64,000 nt of DNA from Geopsychrobacteraceae bacterium (GCA_963676795.2 CAXXTB010000002.1:1184001-1248000); one strand, 5' to 3'; shown: positions 35,603 through 46,798, numbered from the stretch's first letter. The notes: generated by a model not told the origin, from the sequence alone. Numbers and translations are program-made.

Positions 35603-37438
35603 ATGGAACCTAAAATTCATATTCTCCCTGAAGAGTTGTGTAACAAGATCGCGGCCGGAGAGGTTGTTGAACGGCCGTCTTCTGTGGTTAAGGAGCTGGT
35701 TGAAAATTCCCTGGATGCGGGATCCAGCGATATCCTGGTTGAGCTGGAGTCGGGAGGGAAACGTCTGATTCGGGTCACCGACAACGGTTGTGGCATGAAC
35801 CGGCAGGATGCCTTCTTGTCTTTTGAAAGACATGCGACAAGTAAGATCACAACCGATGAGGATCTGTTTGCCCTGCACACCCTCGGTTTTCGCGGTGAGG
35901 CCCTGGCCTCCATCTCCTCGGTGTCGCGCCTGAGTCTGAAGACCTGCGACAACGACAGCGGACTTGGGCAGCGCATCTACGCCGAAGGGGGCAGAATCAA
36001 GACCGCTGAAGAGGTCGGTTCGCCGCGCGGCACCAGCATCGAGGTGCGCAACCTGTTTTTTAACCTGCCGGCGCGTAAAAAGTTCTTACGCACCGAACAG
36101 ACCGAGCTCGGCCACGCTGCCGATGTCGTCACCAAGCAGGCCCTGGCCAACGCCGAAGTCAGTTTTTGTCTGAAGCATAATGAGCGCACCCTTCTCGATC
36201 TGCGGCGTGAGAAGGGGTTACGCGAGCGGGTCGCGGCCCTGCTTGGACGTAGTCTGCTCAATGACCTGATCGATCTCGATGTGACGCAAGGGGAGCTGAA
36301 TCTGGGCGGTCTGATTTCTCAACCCCAGTTGAACCGCTCCTCTGCGGCACATATCTATACCTTCATCAACGGCAGGTATATCCGGGATCGTGTGGTCCAG
36401 CATGCCGTTATGGAGGGCTACAGGCACCTGCTGATGAAGGGCCGTTATCCGGTCGTGGTGCTGTTCCTGACCCTAGATCCGGCTCTGGTTGATGTCAATG
36501 TCCACCCGACCAAGCATGAAGTGCGCTTCAGGGAACAGGCCTTTGTCCATGACTTTATTGCGGATGCATTGCAGAAAACCCTCAAGCCGAGTTCCTGGCT
36601 TGAATCGCCACAGCCATCCGTTTGTGAAACTGCTCCGCCGGTCTCTGGCCCGCTACCCGTATGCGAGGCGACGGGGGGAGTCGAGCCCTGTGGGACACCG
36701 TCTCGGGTGATGGAGCCGCCGCTGGTCTATTCAGTGTCTGGTCCGTCTCGAGAAGTTCATGCCGCACCGGTGGTGATGCCTGCGCCATCTTTGCCGGCGG
36801 AGCCAGTGATAGAAAAGGACAACCAGTATCTGCTGCCCGGCAGTCAGCCCGACGGGTTCTTTTCCCGGCTGCAGATTCTCGGTCAGTATCATCAGAGTTA
36901 CCTGTTATGCCAGGACCGGGATGATCTGGTTCTGATCGATCAGCATGCGGCTCATGAGCGGGCCGGCTTTGAGAAGTTGCGTCGTCAGTTTGGCGAGGGG
37001 CATATCCCGAGTCAGACCCTGCTCTTTCCGGAAATCCTGGAGCTCGACTTTAACAGTGCGGATGCCTTGCTTCAGCAGCAGGAACAGCTTGAAGAGCTCG
37101 GCTTTGATGTGGAGCCGTTCGGCGGCAAGTCATTCGCCTTGAAGGCGGTTCCTCAGCTGCTCGGTCAGGTCTCTGCCGGCAAACTGGTGACCGACGTTGC
37201 CCTTGAATTGGCCCGGGTCGGCCGGACGGGACAGTTGCGTGAGTCGATCGATGAGGTCCTGATCATGATGGCCTGCCATTCGGTTATTCGCGCCAATCAG
37301 GCTCTGTCTCACGCAGAGATCAAAGCGTTGTTCCGGGAGCTGGATCAGATCGATTTCAAGGCGAACTGTCCGCATGGCAGGCCGGTCATGCAGCGTCTGA
37401 CCCTTGCCGAAGTTGAAAAACTGTTTCGTCGGCAGTAG
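35603..37438 (+). CDS. mutL: DNA mismatch repair endonuclease MutL
   Basis: IAAGEVVERP, GFRGEAL, endonuclease motif DQHAAHER and CPHGRP. Confidence 0.97.
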   Translation: MEPKIHILPEELCNKIAAGEVVERPSSVVKELVENSLDAGSSDILVELESGGKRLIRVTDNGCGMNRQDAFLSFERHATSKITTDEDLFALHTLGFRGEALASISSVSRLSLKTCDNDSGLGQRIYAEGGRIKTAEEVGSPRGTSIEVRNLFFNLPARKKFLRTEQTELGHAADVVTKQALANAEVSFCLKHNERTLLDLRREKGLRERVAALLGRSLLNDLIDLDVTQGELNLGGLISQPQLNRSSAAHIYTFINGRYIRDRVVQHAVMEGYRHLLMKGRYPVVVLFLTLDPALVDVNVHPTKHEVRFREQAFVHDFIADALQKTLKPSSWLESPQPSVCETAPPVSGPLPVCEATGGVEPCGTPSRVMEPPLVYSVSGPSREVHAAPVVMPAPSLPAEPVIEKDNQYLLPGSQPDGFFSRLQILGQYHQSYLLCQDRDDLVLIDQHAAHERAGFEKLRRQFGEGHIPSQTLLFPEILELDFNSADALLQQQEQLEELGFDVEPFGGKSFALKAVPQLLGQVSAGKLVTDVALELARVGRTGQLRESIDEVLIMMACHSVIRANQALSHAEIKALFRELDQIDFKANCPHGRPVMQRLTLAEVEKLFRRQ

Positions 37439-37440
37439 TA

Positions 37441-38367
37441 ATGAATAAAAAGAGACACAAGATCCTGGTTATCTGTGGTGCGACCGGGTCGGGCAAGACG
37501 GCTCTGGCAATGGCTGTCGCCAAGCGATTGCCGGTCGAAATCATCTCCGCTGATTCCCGTCAGATCTATCGCCAGATGGATATCGGCACCGCCAAGGCGA
37601 CAAGGTCTGAACAGGCTGCCGTCAGACATCACCTGATCGATGTTGTCGACCCTGATCAGGACTACTCTGTTGCTGACTTTGTCGATCAGGCCCGGCCGCT
37701 GATCGAGGATATCTGTTCACGAGGCTGTCTGCCCTGCGTCGTCGGTGGTACCGGACTGTATTTTTCGGCATTGCTTGGCGGGCTGGCTGATCTGCCGTCC
37801 GGCGATGAGCAGTTGAGGGAGAATCTTCATCTTCAGGAGCGCGAACAGGGGGAGGGGACGCTGCATCGTCGTCTCGCTGAGCTGGATCCTGCAGCTGCTG
37901 CCCAGATCCATCCGCGCAACCTGATTCGTCTGGTGCGTGCGCTTGAGGTCTGTCTGCTGTCAGGCAGGACATTCTCATCTCTGAAAGAACAGCACCGCTT
38001 TGCAGATCAGCCTTATGTGGCCCTGAAACTGGCTCTTGATTATCCGCGCGACATTCTTTACCAGCGAATTAATGCCAGAGCTCAACAGATGCTTGATCAA
38101 GGGCTGGTTGCCGAGGTAGAATCTCTAGTTCAAAGGTATTCTTTTGATCTGAAAACGCTCGAAACGCTTGGTTATCGTGAGGTCTGTCGCTTTCTTAAGG
38201 GTGAGATCAACGCTGAGCAGATGCTTGAGGATATCCGGAAATTTACCCGACATTACGCAAAACGGCAGTTGACGTGGTTTCGTAAAGATAATGAAATTAT
38301 TTGGGTTGATTCCTCGAAACAGTCTGGTAATGTTATAAAATCAATTGATAATTTTATTTCCCAGTAA
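37441..38367 (+). CDS. miaA: tRNA dimethylallyltransferase
   Basis: GATGSGKT, SADSRQIY..MDIGTAK, VGGTGLY and YAKRQLTWFR. Confidence 0.97.
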   Translation: MNKKRHKILVICGATGSGKTALAMAVAKRLPVEIISADSRQIYRQMDIGTAKATRSEQAAVRHHLIDVVDPDQDYSVADFVDQARPLIEDICSRGCLPCVVGGTGLYFSALLGGLADLPSGDEQLRENLHLQEREQGEGTLHRRLAELDPAAAAQIHPRNLIRLVRALEVCLLSGRTFSSLKEQHRFADQPYVALKLALDYPRDILYQRINARAQQMLDQGLVAEVESLVQRYSFDLKTLETLGYREVCRFLKGEINAEQMLEDIRKFTRHYAKRQLTWFRKDNEIIWVDSSKQSGNVIKSIDNFISQ

Positions 38368-38377
38368 AGGAGTGGAC

Positions 38378-38611
38378 ATGCCCAAATCACCATTTAATAT
38401 CCAGGATCAGTACCTGAACCAAGCCCGCAAGGAGCGTGTCAAGGTTGCCATCAACATGATGTCCGGTGAGCGCCTGGAGGGGTATATCAAGTCATTCGAC
38501 AGCTTCTGTATCCTGGCTGAGAGTGAAGGGGATATCCTGATCTACAAGCATGCTGTCGGTACCATCACCTCCATCGACGGCAAGTTCCGTCTCCATGGCG
38601 GCCGCGACTGA
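38378..38611 (+). CDS. hfq: RNA chaperone Hfq
   Basis: NIQDQYLN..RK, G.IKSFD.F and IYKHAV; mutL-miaA-hfq synteny; AGGAG RBS. Confidence 0.95.
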   Translation: MPKSPFNIQDQYLNQARKERVKVAINMMSGERLEGYIKSFDSFCILAESEGDILIYKHAVGTITSIDGKFRLHGGRD

Positions 38612-38636
38612 CAGTTTCTGTAAATTAAAGAATTGC

Positions 38637-38668
38637 AGGGGGGTAACGTCTTCGACTTACCCCCTTTT
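38637..38668 (+). terminator. Probable terminator after hfq
   Basis: GGGGGTAA-c-GTC / GAC-TTACCCCC stem followed by TTTT. Confidence 0.7.
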
Positions 38669-38689
38669 CCTGTTTGTTTCGTGCTGCTC

Positions 38690-38720
38690 TTGCAACGGAT
38701 TTCACTTCCAGTGTTATAAT
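38690..38720 (+). promoter_or_regulatory. Putative extended -10 promoter of the DUF512-copA unit
   Basis: TGTTATAAT at 38712-38720; TTGCAA at 38690-38695 (19-bp spacing). Confidence 0.5.
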
Positions 38721-38759
38721 GCCTTGTAAAGATCTCTCCTACTGGAAAGTTTAAGTTTA

Positions 38760-40070
38760 ATGTTAAAGATTGAATCAATCATGCCCGGCAGTTATGCCGA
38801 GGAAATCGGGCTGCAGCCCGGTGATCGTCTGCTCGCCATTAACAGCCAGCCTGTCAATGACCTTCTCGACTACCATCTGAGCCTGGAAACAGAACGTTTG
38901 CAGCTTGAAGTCCTCTGCGCCAACGATGAACTCTGGGATCTTGACATCGAAAAGGGGCTCATGGATGATCTGGGCCTCGAGGTTGAGCACCCCGATCCGC
39001 GGGTCTGCGGCAACCAGTGCCAGTTCTGTTTTGTTCATCAGTTACCAAAGGGGATGCGCAAGACTCTCTACGTCAAGGACGAGGACTACCGCTTTTCCTA
39101 CCTCTACGGTTCCTATATCACTCTCTCCAACCTGAGTGAAGAGGACTATACCAGGATCATCGAGAAGCAGCTTTCCCCGCTGTACGTCTCTGTTCATGCG
39201 ACCGATGCGCAGGTCAGGGGCAGACTGCTCGGCTCGGAAGTTCCGGCTGTTCTGCCGCTGATTGAACGGCTGACCAGCCATGGCATCAGCCTCCATTGTC
39301 AGGTCGTGCTCTGCCCCGGGCTCAATGATAAGGAGATCCTCGACCAGACCATCGCCGATCTGTCGGCCCTCTACCCGCAGGTTGCGTCTCTGGCCGTCGT
39401 TCCGGTCGGGCTGACTCAGTTTCGCGAAAAGTTGCCGGTCCTTGAACGCCTCAACGAGGCTGATGCAGTGCTCTGTCTCGATCAGATCCATGGCTGGCAG
39501 GACAAGCTGCTCAAGAGCAGTGGCAGTCGCTTTGTCTTTGCAGCGGATGAGATCTATCTGCGTGCTCAGCGTGATTTTCCGGAACTGGAAGCCTACGAGG
39601 ACTTTGCCCAGATCGAAAACGGTGTCGGCATGATCGCGCAATTCCGGGCACAGACCGAAGAGGTGCTGTTCGAGGCGGCCCCGCTCGGGCTGAAGACCGT
39701 GACCCTGATAACCGGCTTGTCGTTCTGTGAGGAACTCAGGGAGTTTTGTCACCGCCTCAGCCTGAGGTGTGGCACAACCATTCAGCTGGTGCCGATACGA
39801 AATGATTTTTTCGGTCCCCAGATTACCGTGACCGGACTGCTCACCGGGGCAGATATCATCAGCCAGCTCAAGGGCAAGACGCTTGGTCAGGCGCTGCTTG
39901 TGCCGGATGTCCTGCTGCGGGATGGTGACCTGATGTTGCTTGATGATCTGACGCTCGAGGATATCAGCCGGGCCCTTCAGGTCCCGGTGGTCGATATCGA
40001 CAATACCCCCTGGGGGCTGCTCGATGCGCTGGAACTGCTCGATCTGAATACCGAAATAGAGCAATGTTGA
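38760..40070 (+). CDS. DUF512 family PDZ/radical-SAM-like Fe-S protein
   Basis: N-terminal PDZ-like segment, CGNQCQFC (CxxxCxxC), KDEDYRFS, VPVGLT and QIENGVG. Confidence 0.88.
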   Translation: MLKIESIMPGSYAEEIGLQPGDRLLAINSQPVNDLLDYHLSLETERLQLEVLCANDELWDLDIEKGLMDDLGLEVEHPDPRVCGNQCQFCFVHQLPKGMRKTLYVKDEDYRFSYLYGSYITLSNLSEEDYTRIIEKQLSPLYVSVHATDAQVRGRLLGSEVPAVLPLIERLTSHGISLHCQVVLCPGLNDKEILDQTIADLSALYPQVASLAVVPVGLTQFREKLPVLERLNEADAVLCLDQIHGWQDKLLKSSGSRFVFAADEIYLRAQRDFPELEAYEDFAQIENGVGMIAQFRAQTEEVLFEAAPLGLKTVTLITGLSFCEELREFCHRLSLRCGTTIQLVPIRNDFFGPQITVTGLLTGADIISQLKGKTLGQALLVPDVLLRDGDLMLLDDLTLEDISRALQVPVVDIDNTPWGLLDALELLDLNTEIEQC

Positions 40071-42526
40071 AAGACTCCGAGTCCTCCCTCCGCTTACCCG
40101 TATACGGAATGACGTGTCAGAAGTGCGTTGCCAGAGTTACACAATTGATCGCCGCTCATCCCGAGGTCGACAGGGTGAATGTCTCTCTTGACGAGAAATG
40201 CGCCGAAATTTCGCCGGTTATCAGCCCGATCAATCTCGAAATCATCAAGGCCGATCTTGCACAGGCCGGATTTTCGACTGTTTCCGGTCTGCCTGAAGAT
40301 GTAAGCGCAGAGACTGCGAACCTGCCGTCGGTTTCGGTTCAGGCGGGGGAGGTCGTGGAGCTGCGGTTTTCGATCCGGGGGATGAGTTGCGCATCCTGCG
40401 CCGCGACGATAGAGCGCAAGTTGAACGCTTTGCCCGGTATTGAGAGTGCCGTTGTCAACCTGGCCGGAAACTTTGCCCAGGTGGGCTATCAGCCGGACAG
40501 GATTTCTGCGGATCAGGTCTATGCTGCCGTCGATGCTGCCGGATTTCAGGCGGTTGCAGACGATAACGAGGATTTCGACGAATCCCGTACTCAGTTGCGC
40601 CTGGTGATGATTGCGGCGGCGGGAGCCGTCCCCATCATGCTTTTGATGTTCTGGCCTGTTTTCGGATCGGCAACGATCTATCTCAATGCTCTGCTGGCGA
40701 CTCTTGTCCAGTGGACTGCCGGGCTTGGTTTTTATCTTGGCGCTTTCAAGTCGTTGCGCAACAGAAGCGCCAATATGGATGTGCTGGTGGCTCTCGGCAT
40801 TACTGCGGCTTATGGCTATTCGCTGCTGTCGTTAAGTGGTGTGCTCGGCGCGGATGCTGCACTCTTCTTTGAAACCAGCGCCATGCTGATCCTGTTTATC
40901 CGCTTTGGCAAGTGGCTTGAGTCGCGGGCCAAAGGGCGTGCCGGTGCTGCCTTGAAGGCGTTATTGAAGCTTCAGGCCGATAGCGCAACCCTGCTGGTTG
41001 ACGGGCAGGAACAGGTTGTGCCGGTCAGTCAGGTCAGGTCGGGTGACCTGGTGCTGGTGCGGCCCGGTGATAAGATTCCGATCGATGGCGAAGTCGTCAG
41101 CGGTGAGTCGGCGGTCAACGAGGCGATGATCAGCGGAGAGTCGGTTCCGGTGAACAAGGCGGTTGGTTCTCAGGTTATCGGTGCGACAATCAACGAGACC
41201 GGACGCTTGCTGGTTCGGGCGACCCATGTCGGAGAGGATGCTGTCCTGGCCAAGATCGTCAGGATGGTCGAAACAGCACAGGGGGACAAGCCGCCGATAC
41301 AGCGACTCGCCGACCGGATTTCAGCGTTTTTCGTTCCCCTGGTGGTGGTGCTCTCGCTGGTCACGTTGTGTGGCTGGCTGCTGGCCGGAGCTTCCTTTGT
41401 TTTTGCCTTCCAGATGGCCGTGGCTGTCGTTGTTGTCGCCTGTCCCTGCGCCCTTGGCCTGGCAACCCCGACCGCCATCATGGTTGGCAGTTCCGTCGGG
41501 CTTGAGCAGGGAATCCTGTTCAAGAAGGCCTCGGCCCTCGAGGGGATTGCCCAGCTGAAAACCTTGTTGCTCGACAAGACCGGAACGCTGACGCAGGGGC
41601 GGTTTGTCGTCGAGCAGCTCTGCGTCAGCGGTGGCATGACGGAGGACAGTTTTCTTGAGATTGTCGCGGGCGTCGAAAGTGCCAGCCGGCACCCGTTAGC
41701 CCGCGGAGTGGTCGATGAGCTGGAACGGCGCGGTCTGAAGCCTGCCGAAATAGACCACGTTGATGAGATCGGTGGCTTTGGTCTGCGTGGTTTTGTCGCG
41801 GATAAAATCATTCTCTGCGGCAATGAAGCGCTGATGGAGCGCTTCGGTATCGAAATGAATACCGCTATTCAGATCCATCTGGAGCGTGTCGCCGGAGCTC
41901 CGTCCTTTATCTATGTTGCTATTGACGGCAAGCAGATCGGTGCTCTTGCACTTTCTGACGCTTTGAAAGAGAATGCACAGCAGATGGTCGCTCAGCTCAA
42001 GAGACTCAAGGTGGAACCCGTGCTGATCAGCGGCGATCGTTACCAGGTCGCTCAGGCTGTTGCAGGCCAGCTCGGAATTGTCAGTTTTGAGGCGGAGGTT
42101 CTGCCCGAACAGAAGCTCGATACCGTCAGGAAATATCAGCTGCGGAACCACGCAGTCGGAATGGTCGGCGATGGTATCAATGACGCTCCGGCTCTGGCCC
42201 TGGCGAATGTCGGAATCGCCATCGGCAGCGGGATGGATGTCGCCAAGGAAACCGGTGATCTGGTCCTGGTCGGCGACGATCTGCTCGACATTGTCAGGGG
42301 GATCGTACTTGGGCGTCTGACCTTGAGGAAGATCAAACAGAACCTGTTCTGGGCGTTTTTCTATAATCTTCTCGGGATTCCTCTGGCTGCCGGACTCTTT
42401 TATCCGCTCTTCGGGCTTTATCTCAAGCCTGAGTATGCCGGACTGGCCATGGCTTTTTCGAGTGTCTCTGTGGTGACCAACAGCCTGCTGCTCAGGTGTG
42501 CAAAACAGCGTCTGCAGAGAATCTGA
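40064..42526 (+). CDS. copA: Copper-translocating P1B-type ATPase
   Basis: Two HMA domains (GMTCQKC, GMSCASC), CPC, DKTGT, HP, GDGIND, YN and MxxSS. Confidence 0.92.
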   Translation: MLKDSESSLRLPVYGMTCQKCVARVTQLIAAHPEVDRVNVSLDEKCAEISPVISPINLEIIKADLAQAGFSTVSGLPEDVSAETANLPSVSVQAGEVVELRFSIRGMSCASCAATIERKLNALPGIESAVVNLAGNFAQVGYQPDRISADQVYAAVDAAGFQAVADDNEDFDESRTQLRLVMIAAAGAVPIMLLMFWPVFGSATIYLNALLATLVQWTAGLGFYLGAFKSLRNRSANMDVLVALGITAAYGYSLLSLSGVLGADAALFFETSAMLILFIRFGKWLESRAKGRAGAALKALLKLQADSATLLVDGQEQVVPVSQVRSGDLVLVRPGDKIPIDGEVVSGESAVNEAMISGESVPVNKAVGSQVIGATINETGRLLVRATHVGEDAVLAKIVRMVETAQGDKPPIQRLADRISAFFVPLVVVLSLVTLCGWLLAGASFVFAFQMAVAVVVVACPCALGLATPTAIMVGSSVGLEQGILFKKASALEGIAQLKTLLLDKTGTLTQGRFVVEQLCVSGGMTEDSFLEIVAGVESASRHPLARGVVDELERRGLKPAEIDHVDEIGGFGLRGFVADKIILCGNEALMERFGIEMNTAIQIHLERVAGAPSFIYVAIDGKQIGALALSDALKENAQQMVAQLKRLKVEPVLISGDRYQVAQAVAGQLGIVSFEAEVLPEQKLDTVRKYQLRNHAVGMVGDGINDAPALALANVGIAIGSGMDVAKETGDLVLVGDDLLDIVRGIVLGRLTLRKIKQNLFWAFFYNLLGIPLAAGLFYPLFGLYLKPEYAGLAMAFSSVSVVTNSLLLRCAKQRLQRI

Positions 42527-42684
42527 CCTGGAGGGGCTGTGATTGCGATCAGGGTTGAATGTGATACGCTGTCTGAAATCGCCGGGGGCAAGCTGTGATT
42601 TACCTATATTGCAGGTCTGTGTGTCAGGTTGTTTCTCCGGGAACGGCTGATTCCGGGATCTTTTACGCTTAAGGGGGAGTTTCG

Positions 42685-43776
42685 ATGAAAGCTCTGACTG
42701 AAACGTCCGATCCGGAATGTCAGTGTCCTTCTACTCTGTCGACTGAAAATATCGGCAATATGATCGAATGGCTGCGGGGGAGGAACAAGATTCTGATCGT
42801 CTCCCACGATAATCCCGATCCCGATTCGATAGCTGCGGCCGTAGCTTTGCGCCATCTGATCCTGGTGAAGACAGGCCAGGATGCCGTCCTCGGCTACGGC
42901 GGGGTGATCGGACGCAGTGAAAACCGCCAGATGGTCGATCTGCTCGAGATTCCCCTGGTGCCGATCAGTGAGCTCGACCTGGATCAGTTCTGTGTCATCT
43001 GTATGGTAGACACTCAGCCACGCACCGGCAACAATTCGATTCCAGAGGACCGTAAGGTCGATATCGTCATCGATCATCATCGCTCCAAGCGTGATCACAG
43101 TGCTGTTCAGTGGCTTGATGTGCGGGAAAATTACGGGGCAGCGGCGACGATCCTCTACGAATACCTGACCCATCAGGATGTGTCGATCAATACCCGTCTG
43201 GCGACCATCCTTTTTTATGCTATCAAGTCCGAAACCCAGGACCTTGGGCGTGAATGGTCCAGGGCTGACCGGGACGCCTACCTCAAGCTGTTGCCACTTT
43301 CCAATAACCGGATCCTCTTCGATATCATCCATCCGCAAGTCGGCAGTGATTATTTTTGCGCTTTCAGGACCGCGATCGAAAACGCCCATATCTATGGTGA
43401 GGTTCTCGTCTTCAATATCTACAAGGTTGAAAATCCCGATCTGGTCTCGGAGCTGGCCGACTTTCTGCTGCGTCAGCAGGGGGTCAATTATGTGCTCGGT
43501 ATGGGCTGGTTTGAGGGGACCGAAATTCTCTCCATGCGCTCTCTTTGTCCCGATGCCAAACTGGGGCAGGTCATTCAGAAGATGGTTTCCGGCCTGGGGT
43601 CCGCCGGTGGTCACGGGATGGTTGCCGGAGGGCAGGTCCGGCCGATGTCGGCAGATCCGGCAAAACAGCGCGAACTGGAAACCCTCTTGACCGGACGCCT
43701 GTTTTCCGCTCTTGGGATGAAGAAACCTGAAGGATTCGCGCTGTTTCCTGCGTCACCAATCCCCTGTTCAGATTGA
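42685..43776 (+). CDS. DHH family phosphoesterase
   Basis: SHDNPDPDSIA, MVDTQ, IDHH and AGGH. Confidence 0.9.
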   Translation: MKALTETSDPECQCPSTLSTENIGNMIEWLRGRNKILIVSHDNPDPDSIAAAVALRHLILVKTGQDAVLGYGGVIGRSENRQMVDLLEIPLVPISELDLDQFCVICMVDTQPRTGNNSIPEDRKVDIVIDHHRSKRDHSAVQWLDVRENYGAAATILYEYLTHQDVSINTRLATILFYAIKSETQDLGREWSRADRDAYLKLLPLSNNRILFDIIHPQVGSDYFCAFRTAIENAHIYGEVLVFNIYKVENPDLVSELADFLLRQQGVNYVLGMGWFEGTEILSMRSLCPDAKLGQVIQKMVSGLGSAGGHGMVAGGQVRPMSADPAKQRELETLLTGRLFSALGMKKPEGFALFPASPIPCSD

Positions 43777-43802
43777 CACTGGCAGAGGGGCTGCGCTATA
43801 AC
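43773..43802 (+). promoter_or_regulatory. Putative sigma70 promoter of amidase-rph-rdgB
   Basis: TTGACA-N18-TATAAC upstream of a GGAGG RBS. Confidence 0.6.
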
Positions 43803-43829
43803 CCTTGCAGTTTCTCCAAGGGAGGCATC

Positions 43830-44915
43830 ATGCGTAGTTTCGTTCTGCTGTTTTTATCTTCTGTTTTGCTCTGGGCGACGGCTGTCTCCGCCGCCGTCAC
43901 CATCGCTCTGCCCGGTGGTGAGGAACATCGTATCGAAGATGTCTACCAGCAGGACGGAACCGTTTATATCGCTCTGGACGACCTTCTCCAGGCTGTGGGT
44001 TTGCGCGGCCAATGGGACAGTGTCAAGCACAGTTACAAGATCAGTTCGCCGGCTGGAACGGCTGAGGTTTCACCCGGCAGCCGTTATCTGAAACTTGGCG
44101 GAGAGTTCTCTCCGTTGCAGGAAAATCCACGTTTCATCGATGGGCGCCTGCGGGTGACGGACCAGTTTGTTCGGCAGCAACTGCCGCTGCTGACTTTGTC
44201 TCAGGTGATCTTTGTCAATCTGGAACCGGGGAAGTCGACAGGTCAGGTTCAAAAACAGAATCGTCTCAACAGTCTCTTCTCGTTTCTGCTCAACCGTAAG
44301 GAAGAACCGAGCTCCGACGGACCGGTGATCAGGGCGATTGCCATCGATCCGGGGCATGGTGGCAGTGACACGGGGGTTATCGGTGTCAAGGGCTCCAAGG
44401 AGAAGGAAATTGTCCTCGATTATGCTGAAAAGCTGGCCCGTCAGATCAAGATGAAACTCGGTATTCCGGTTTACCTCAGCCGGGATGGTGACTATGAATT
44501 GACCGCTGAAAAACGGCTTCAGAGCGCAACGCGCGAGGATGTCGATATCTGGATCCGGCTCCATGCCCAAGGCGGGCTATCAGCACAAAGCCACGGCATC
44601 TGTCTGTTCGCCAGGCCGCGTACCGCAGAGACCGAGGTCCAGCCTGCTGCGGACAGTCTGCTGCTGGCTGACACTCTGGCCCAGGCCCTTAGGGACGGGC
44701 AGTTCGCTGTGCAGGGGGTCTATCAGAGCTCTCGCCTGTCGTTGGGGCGGGGGAACCTGCCGACGGTACAGATCGAACTTGGTTATCTGACCAATCCGGA
44801 TGAATTGAAACAACTACAGGACAATACCTATCAACAGCAACTCATCGCTGCCCTCTATCAGGGAATTGAGAGTTTTGCAGTTAAAGTGAAGGAGGACAGA
44901 GATGGAGCAAATTGA
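43830..44915 (+). CDS. N-acetylmuramoyl-L-alanine amidase (Amidase_3)
   Basis: Signal peptide; IDPGHGG, KEK, LHA and IELGYLTN. Confidence 0.88.
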   Translation: MRSFVLLFLSSVLLWATAVSAAVTIALPGGEEHRIEDVYQQDGTVYIALDDLLQAVGLRGQWDSVKHSYKISSPAGTAEVSPGSRYLKLGGEFSPLQENPRFIDGRLRVTDQFVRQQLPLLTLSQVIFVNLEPGKSTGQVQKQNRLNSLFSFLLNRKEEPSSDGPVIRAIAIDPGHGGSDTGVIGVKGSKEKEIVLDYAEKLARQIKMKLGIPVYLSRDGDYELTAEKRLQSATREDVDIWIRLHAQGGLSAQSHGICLFARPRTAETEVQPAADSLLLADTLAQALRDGQFAVQGVYQSSRLSLGRGNLPTVQIELGYLTNPDELKQLQDNTYQQQLIAALYQGIESFAVKVKEDRDGAN

Positions 44916-45636
44916 TATCGAACGGTTTGACGGCCGTTGTTACAACGAATTGCGGCCGATCAGTTTCGAGCGCCAGTTTACCCGCTATGCCGAAGGTTCG
45001 GTGCTGGTCTGCTGCGGTGAAACCAAGGTTATTTGTAATGCTTCGGTCGAAGAGCGTGTACCGCCATTCATGCGTGGTGAAGGGCGTGGCTGGGTGACTG
45101 CTGAGTACAGCATGTTGCCGCGTTCTACCCACAGCCGGATGATGCGTGAAGCTGCCAAAGGCAAGCTTTCAGGGCGGACCCAGGAGATTCAGCGCCTGAT
45201 CGGTCGTTCCTTGCGGGCTGTCACCGACCTTGAAGCGATGGGGGAAATCACCGTTCAGATCGACTGCGATGTTATTCAGGCTGACGGTGGGACCAGAACC
45301 GCCTCGATCACCGGTGCCTATGTCGCTCTCTATGATGCCTTCAGGGGGCTGGTCGACAAAGGCGTGCTGAAATCGATTCCGCTCAAGGACAGCGTTGCGG
45401 CTATCAGCGTCGGTATCCTGGGGCAGGCGCCGCTGCTCGATCTGAATTATGTCGAGGATTCCAAGGCCGAGGTCGACATGAACTTCGTTATCACCGGTTC
45501 CGGCAAGTTTGTTGAGGTTCAGGGGACCGCTGAAGAAGAGCCTTTTACGCTGGAAGAACTCGATAGCTTGCGCTCCCTGGCGATGGATGGCTGTGCCGAA
45601 CTCTGTCAATTGCAGAAGCTGGCCCTGGGGCTTTAA
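44902..45636 (+). CDS. rph: Ribonuclease PH
   Basis: [27 protein letters not shown] and [13 protein letters not shown]. Confidence 0.97.
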   Translation: MEQIDIERFDGRCYNELRPISFERQFTRYAEGSVLVCCGETKVICNASVEERVPPFMRGEGRGWVTAEYSMLPRSTHSRMMREAAKGKLSGRTQEIQRLIGRSLRAVTDLEAMGEITVQIDCDVIQADGGTRTASITGAYVALYDAFRGLVDKGVLKSIPLKDSVAAISVGILGQAPLLDLNYVEDSKAEVDMNFVITGSGKFVEVQGTAEEEPFTLEELDSLRSLAMDGCAELCQLQKLALGL

Positions 45637-45637
45637 G

Positions 45638-46243
45638 ATGTTGAAACTGCTGGTTGCAACGGGCAATAAGGGGAAGCTCAAGGAGATCCGTCATCTGCTG
45701 GAAGGCTGTCCGATCGAGATTGTCGGTCTTGATCAGTTCCCACAGGCTCCAGAGGTCATCGAGGATGGTGACACCTTTACCGCCAATGCTATCAAGAAGG
45801 CCGCCGAGATGGCTGCCTTCTCAGGTCTGCTGACTCTTGCCGACGACAGTGGTCTCTGTGTCGAGGCCCTGCACGGTGAACCAGGGGTATTCTCGGCTCG
45901 CTATGCCGGGGAACAGGGGGACGACGCGGCCAATAATGCCAAACTGCTCGACAAGATGAAGGATGTTGTCGATGAACAACGTCAGGCCGCTTTTCACTGC
46001 GTGATGGCACTGGCCTGGCCGGATGGCCGCTGTGAGACCTTTGACGGCAAGATTTCCGGTTTGCTGATGCGCGGTGAACGGGGTGGCGGAGGTTTCGGCT
46101 ACGACCCGCTGTTCATGGTTCCGGAGTACGGAAAGACAACCGCAGAGCTTCCGCTCGAGATCAAGAATCGTATCAGCCATCGTGGTCAGGCCCTACGCAA
46201 GGTGGTGCCGTTATTGAAAGAGTTGGCAGAACAGGACGCCTGA
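45638..46243 (+). CDS. rdgB: XTP/dITP diphosphatase
   Basis: [31 protein letters not shown] and KNRISHRG. Confidence 0.96.
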   Translation: MLKLLVATGNKGKLKEIRHLLEGCPIEIVGLDQFPQAPEVIEDGDTFTANAIKKAAEMAAFSGLLTLADDSGLCVEALHGEPGVFSARYAGEQGDDAANNAKLLDKMKDVVDEQRQAAFHCVMALAWPDGRCETFDGKISGLLMRGERGGGGFGYDPLFMVPEYGKTTAELPLEIKNRISHRGQALRKVVPLLKELAEQDA

Positions 46244-46305
46244 GCCTGAAGGTCGGGTGGCAGTGCGCTATTTCGTCAAATACCAATCGAAATAAGGAGA
46301 GTCGT

Positions 46306-46719
46306 GTGGAAAGAACATTCGCAATTATCAAGCCCGATGCCTTTGAAGCAGGTTATGCCGGCCGGATTCTGGCCCGCATCTATGCCGAGGGGTTCAAGGT
46401 CGTTGGCCTGAAGAAACTTTACATGAGCAAGGTTGAAGCTGAGGGCTTTTATGCCGTTCACAGTGAGCGTCCTTTCTTCGGCGAGCTGACCGATTTTATG
46501 GCCAGCGGACCCTGTATCGTCATGGCTCTCGAAGCCGAAGGTGCGATCAAAAAATGGCGCGATCTGATGGGTGCCACCAACCCGGCTGACGCGGCTGAAG
46601 GAACCCTGCGCAAAGAGTTCGGTACTGCGATCAACCGCAACGCAACCCATGGCTCCGATGCCCCGGAAACAGCCGCCTTTGAGCTCGATTATTTCTTCAG
46701 CGGCCTCGAACTGCTGTAG
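46306..46719 (+). CDS. ndk: Nucleoside diphosphate kinase
   Basis: [15 protein letters not shown] and NATHGSD. Confidence 0.97.
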   Translation: MERTFAIIKPDAFEAGYAGRILARIYAEGFKVVGLKKLYMSKVEAEGFYAVHSERPFFGELTDFMASGPCIVMALEAEGAIKKWRDLMGATNPADAAEGTLRKEFGTAINRNATHGSDAPETAAFELDYFFSGLELL

Positions 46720-46744
46720 GTCAGGATTAAGAGCTTGTCACTTG

Positions 46745-46777
46745 AAAGGCCCTTCGTTAGAATCCGAAGGGCTTTTT
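46745..46777 (+). terminator. Probable terminator after ndk
   Basis: GCCCTTCG/CGAAGGGC stem followed by TTTTT. Confidence 0.75.
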
Positions 46778-46798
46778 GTCGTAGATACAGAGGTTTCA

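Noticed and set aside
46244..46305. tRNA gene sometimes found after rph-rdgB
   Set aside because: The interval is only about 60 bp and has no cloverleaf or TTC T-loop pattern
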